From an uncultured virus (IMG/VR IMGVR_UViG_3300020050_002145) (taxonomy: Duplodnaviria > Heunggongvirae > Uroviricota > Caudoviricetes): DNA of 24,898 nucleotides. Shown piece after piece: positions 24,802 to 24,898 of the stretch. The translations under genes were made by a program, and so were the position numbers. The notes below the pieces were generated by a model. It had not been told where the DNA came from and searched no databases. It saw nothing but the letters and a program-made list of their open reading frames with translations. The DNA lies in IMG/VR virus record IMGVR_UViG_3300020050_002145, one strand, 5' to 3'. The first letter of the stretch is position 1. Each line of letters starts with the position of its first letter.

Positions 24802-24898
24802 ATGCCATTACTAGGAAAATTTGGTACAGCCACTTCTAGAGCCTTTGGATTTAATGGCGGTGGTACTGCTACCGTGCCTATCCCTGTACCCCCCGGCA
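24802..24898 (+). CDS. 5' part of the next tail gene (MPLLGKFGTATSRAFGFNGGG...), truncated by the window edge
   Basis: AAGGA RBS, ATG 24802, frame open to the end of the window. Confidence 0.7.
   Translation, partial: MPLLGKFGTATSRAFGFNGGGTATVPIPVPPG

Noticed and set aside
2787..24833. Remaining short alternative-frame and antisense ORFs in the track (e.g. 2787-3122, 9012-9299, 13711-14079, 14444-14794, 16408-16866, 21299-21589)
   Set aside because: They overlap well-supported, translationally coupled plus-strand genes and lack RBSs or recognisable motifs
20634..24898. Diversity-generating retroelement or invertible tail-fibre cassette
   Set aside because: No reverse transcriptase or invertase, and I saw no near-identical DNA repeat pair differing at adenines; the similarities are protein-level and diverged
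1..24898. tRNA, rRNA, integrase/att site, or specific host assignment
   Set aside because: No cloverleaf, rRNA-like or recombinase sequence was recognised; the host cannot be determined from this window alone

Overview
This window is a contiguous stretch of a tailed dsDNA bacteriophage genome (Caudoviricetes). It has podovirus-like, P22-type portal/adaptor architecture of the kind common in aquatic metagenomes. No host chromosomal genes, tRNA/rRNA, integrase or CRISPR array were seen. Layout: (1) 1-1800 is a mostly non-coding control region with about 14 copies of an AWTGTTCG-type iteron, two copies of a perfect 20-bp palindrome that bracket a two-gene leftward cassette (sigma70-like promoter, one terminator per gene), and C-tracts just ahead of the terminase. 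(2) 1.8-12 kb is the packaging/head module: small and large terminase, two inserted enzyme-like genes, portal, GroES, scaffold, decoration-like protein and a Mu gpT-like major capsid protein. (3) 12-13 kb is an accessory island with a ~49% Asp/Glu aromatic-rich mini-protein and an antisense HNH nuclease, followed by a doubly pseudoknotted RNA leader. (4) 13.1-18.6 kb is a run of small structural and basic low-complexity proteins. (5) 17-24.9 kb holds the head-tail adaptors and mosaic tail-fibre genes. The most striking unexplained signal is a set of shared short peptide tags on otherwise unrelated proteins. A [MFY]xxGG motif occurs 14 times in 7 ORFs, two enzyme-like genes share a 21-aa C-terminal tail, and three basic proteins share a DGxAx[RK]GKT tail. 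This suggests an undescribed virion cargo-targeting or proteolytic-maturation system. All product calls come from motif recognition and synteny by eye; no database searches were run.
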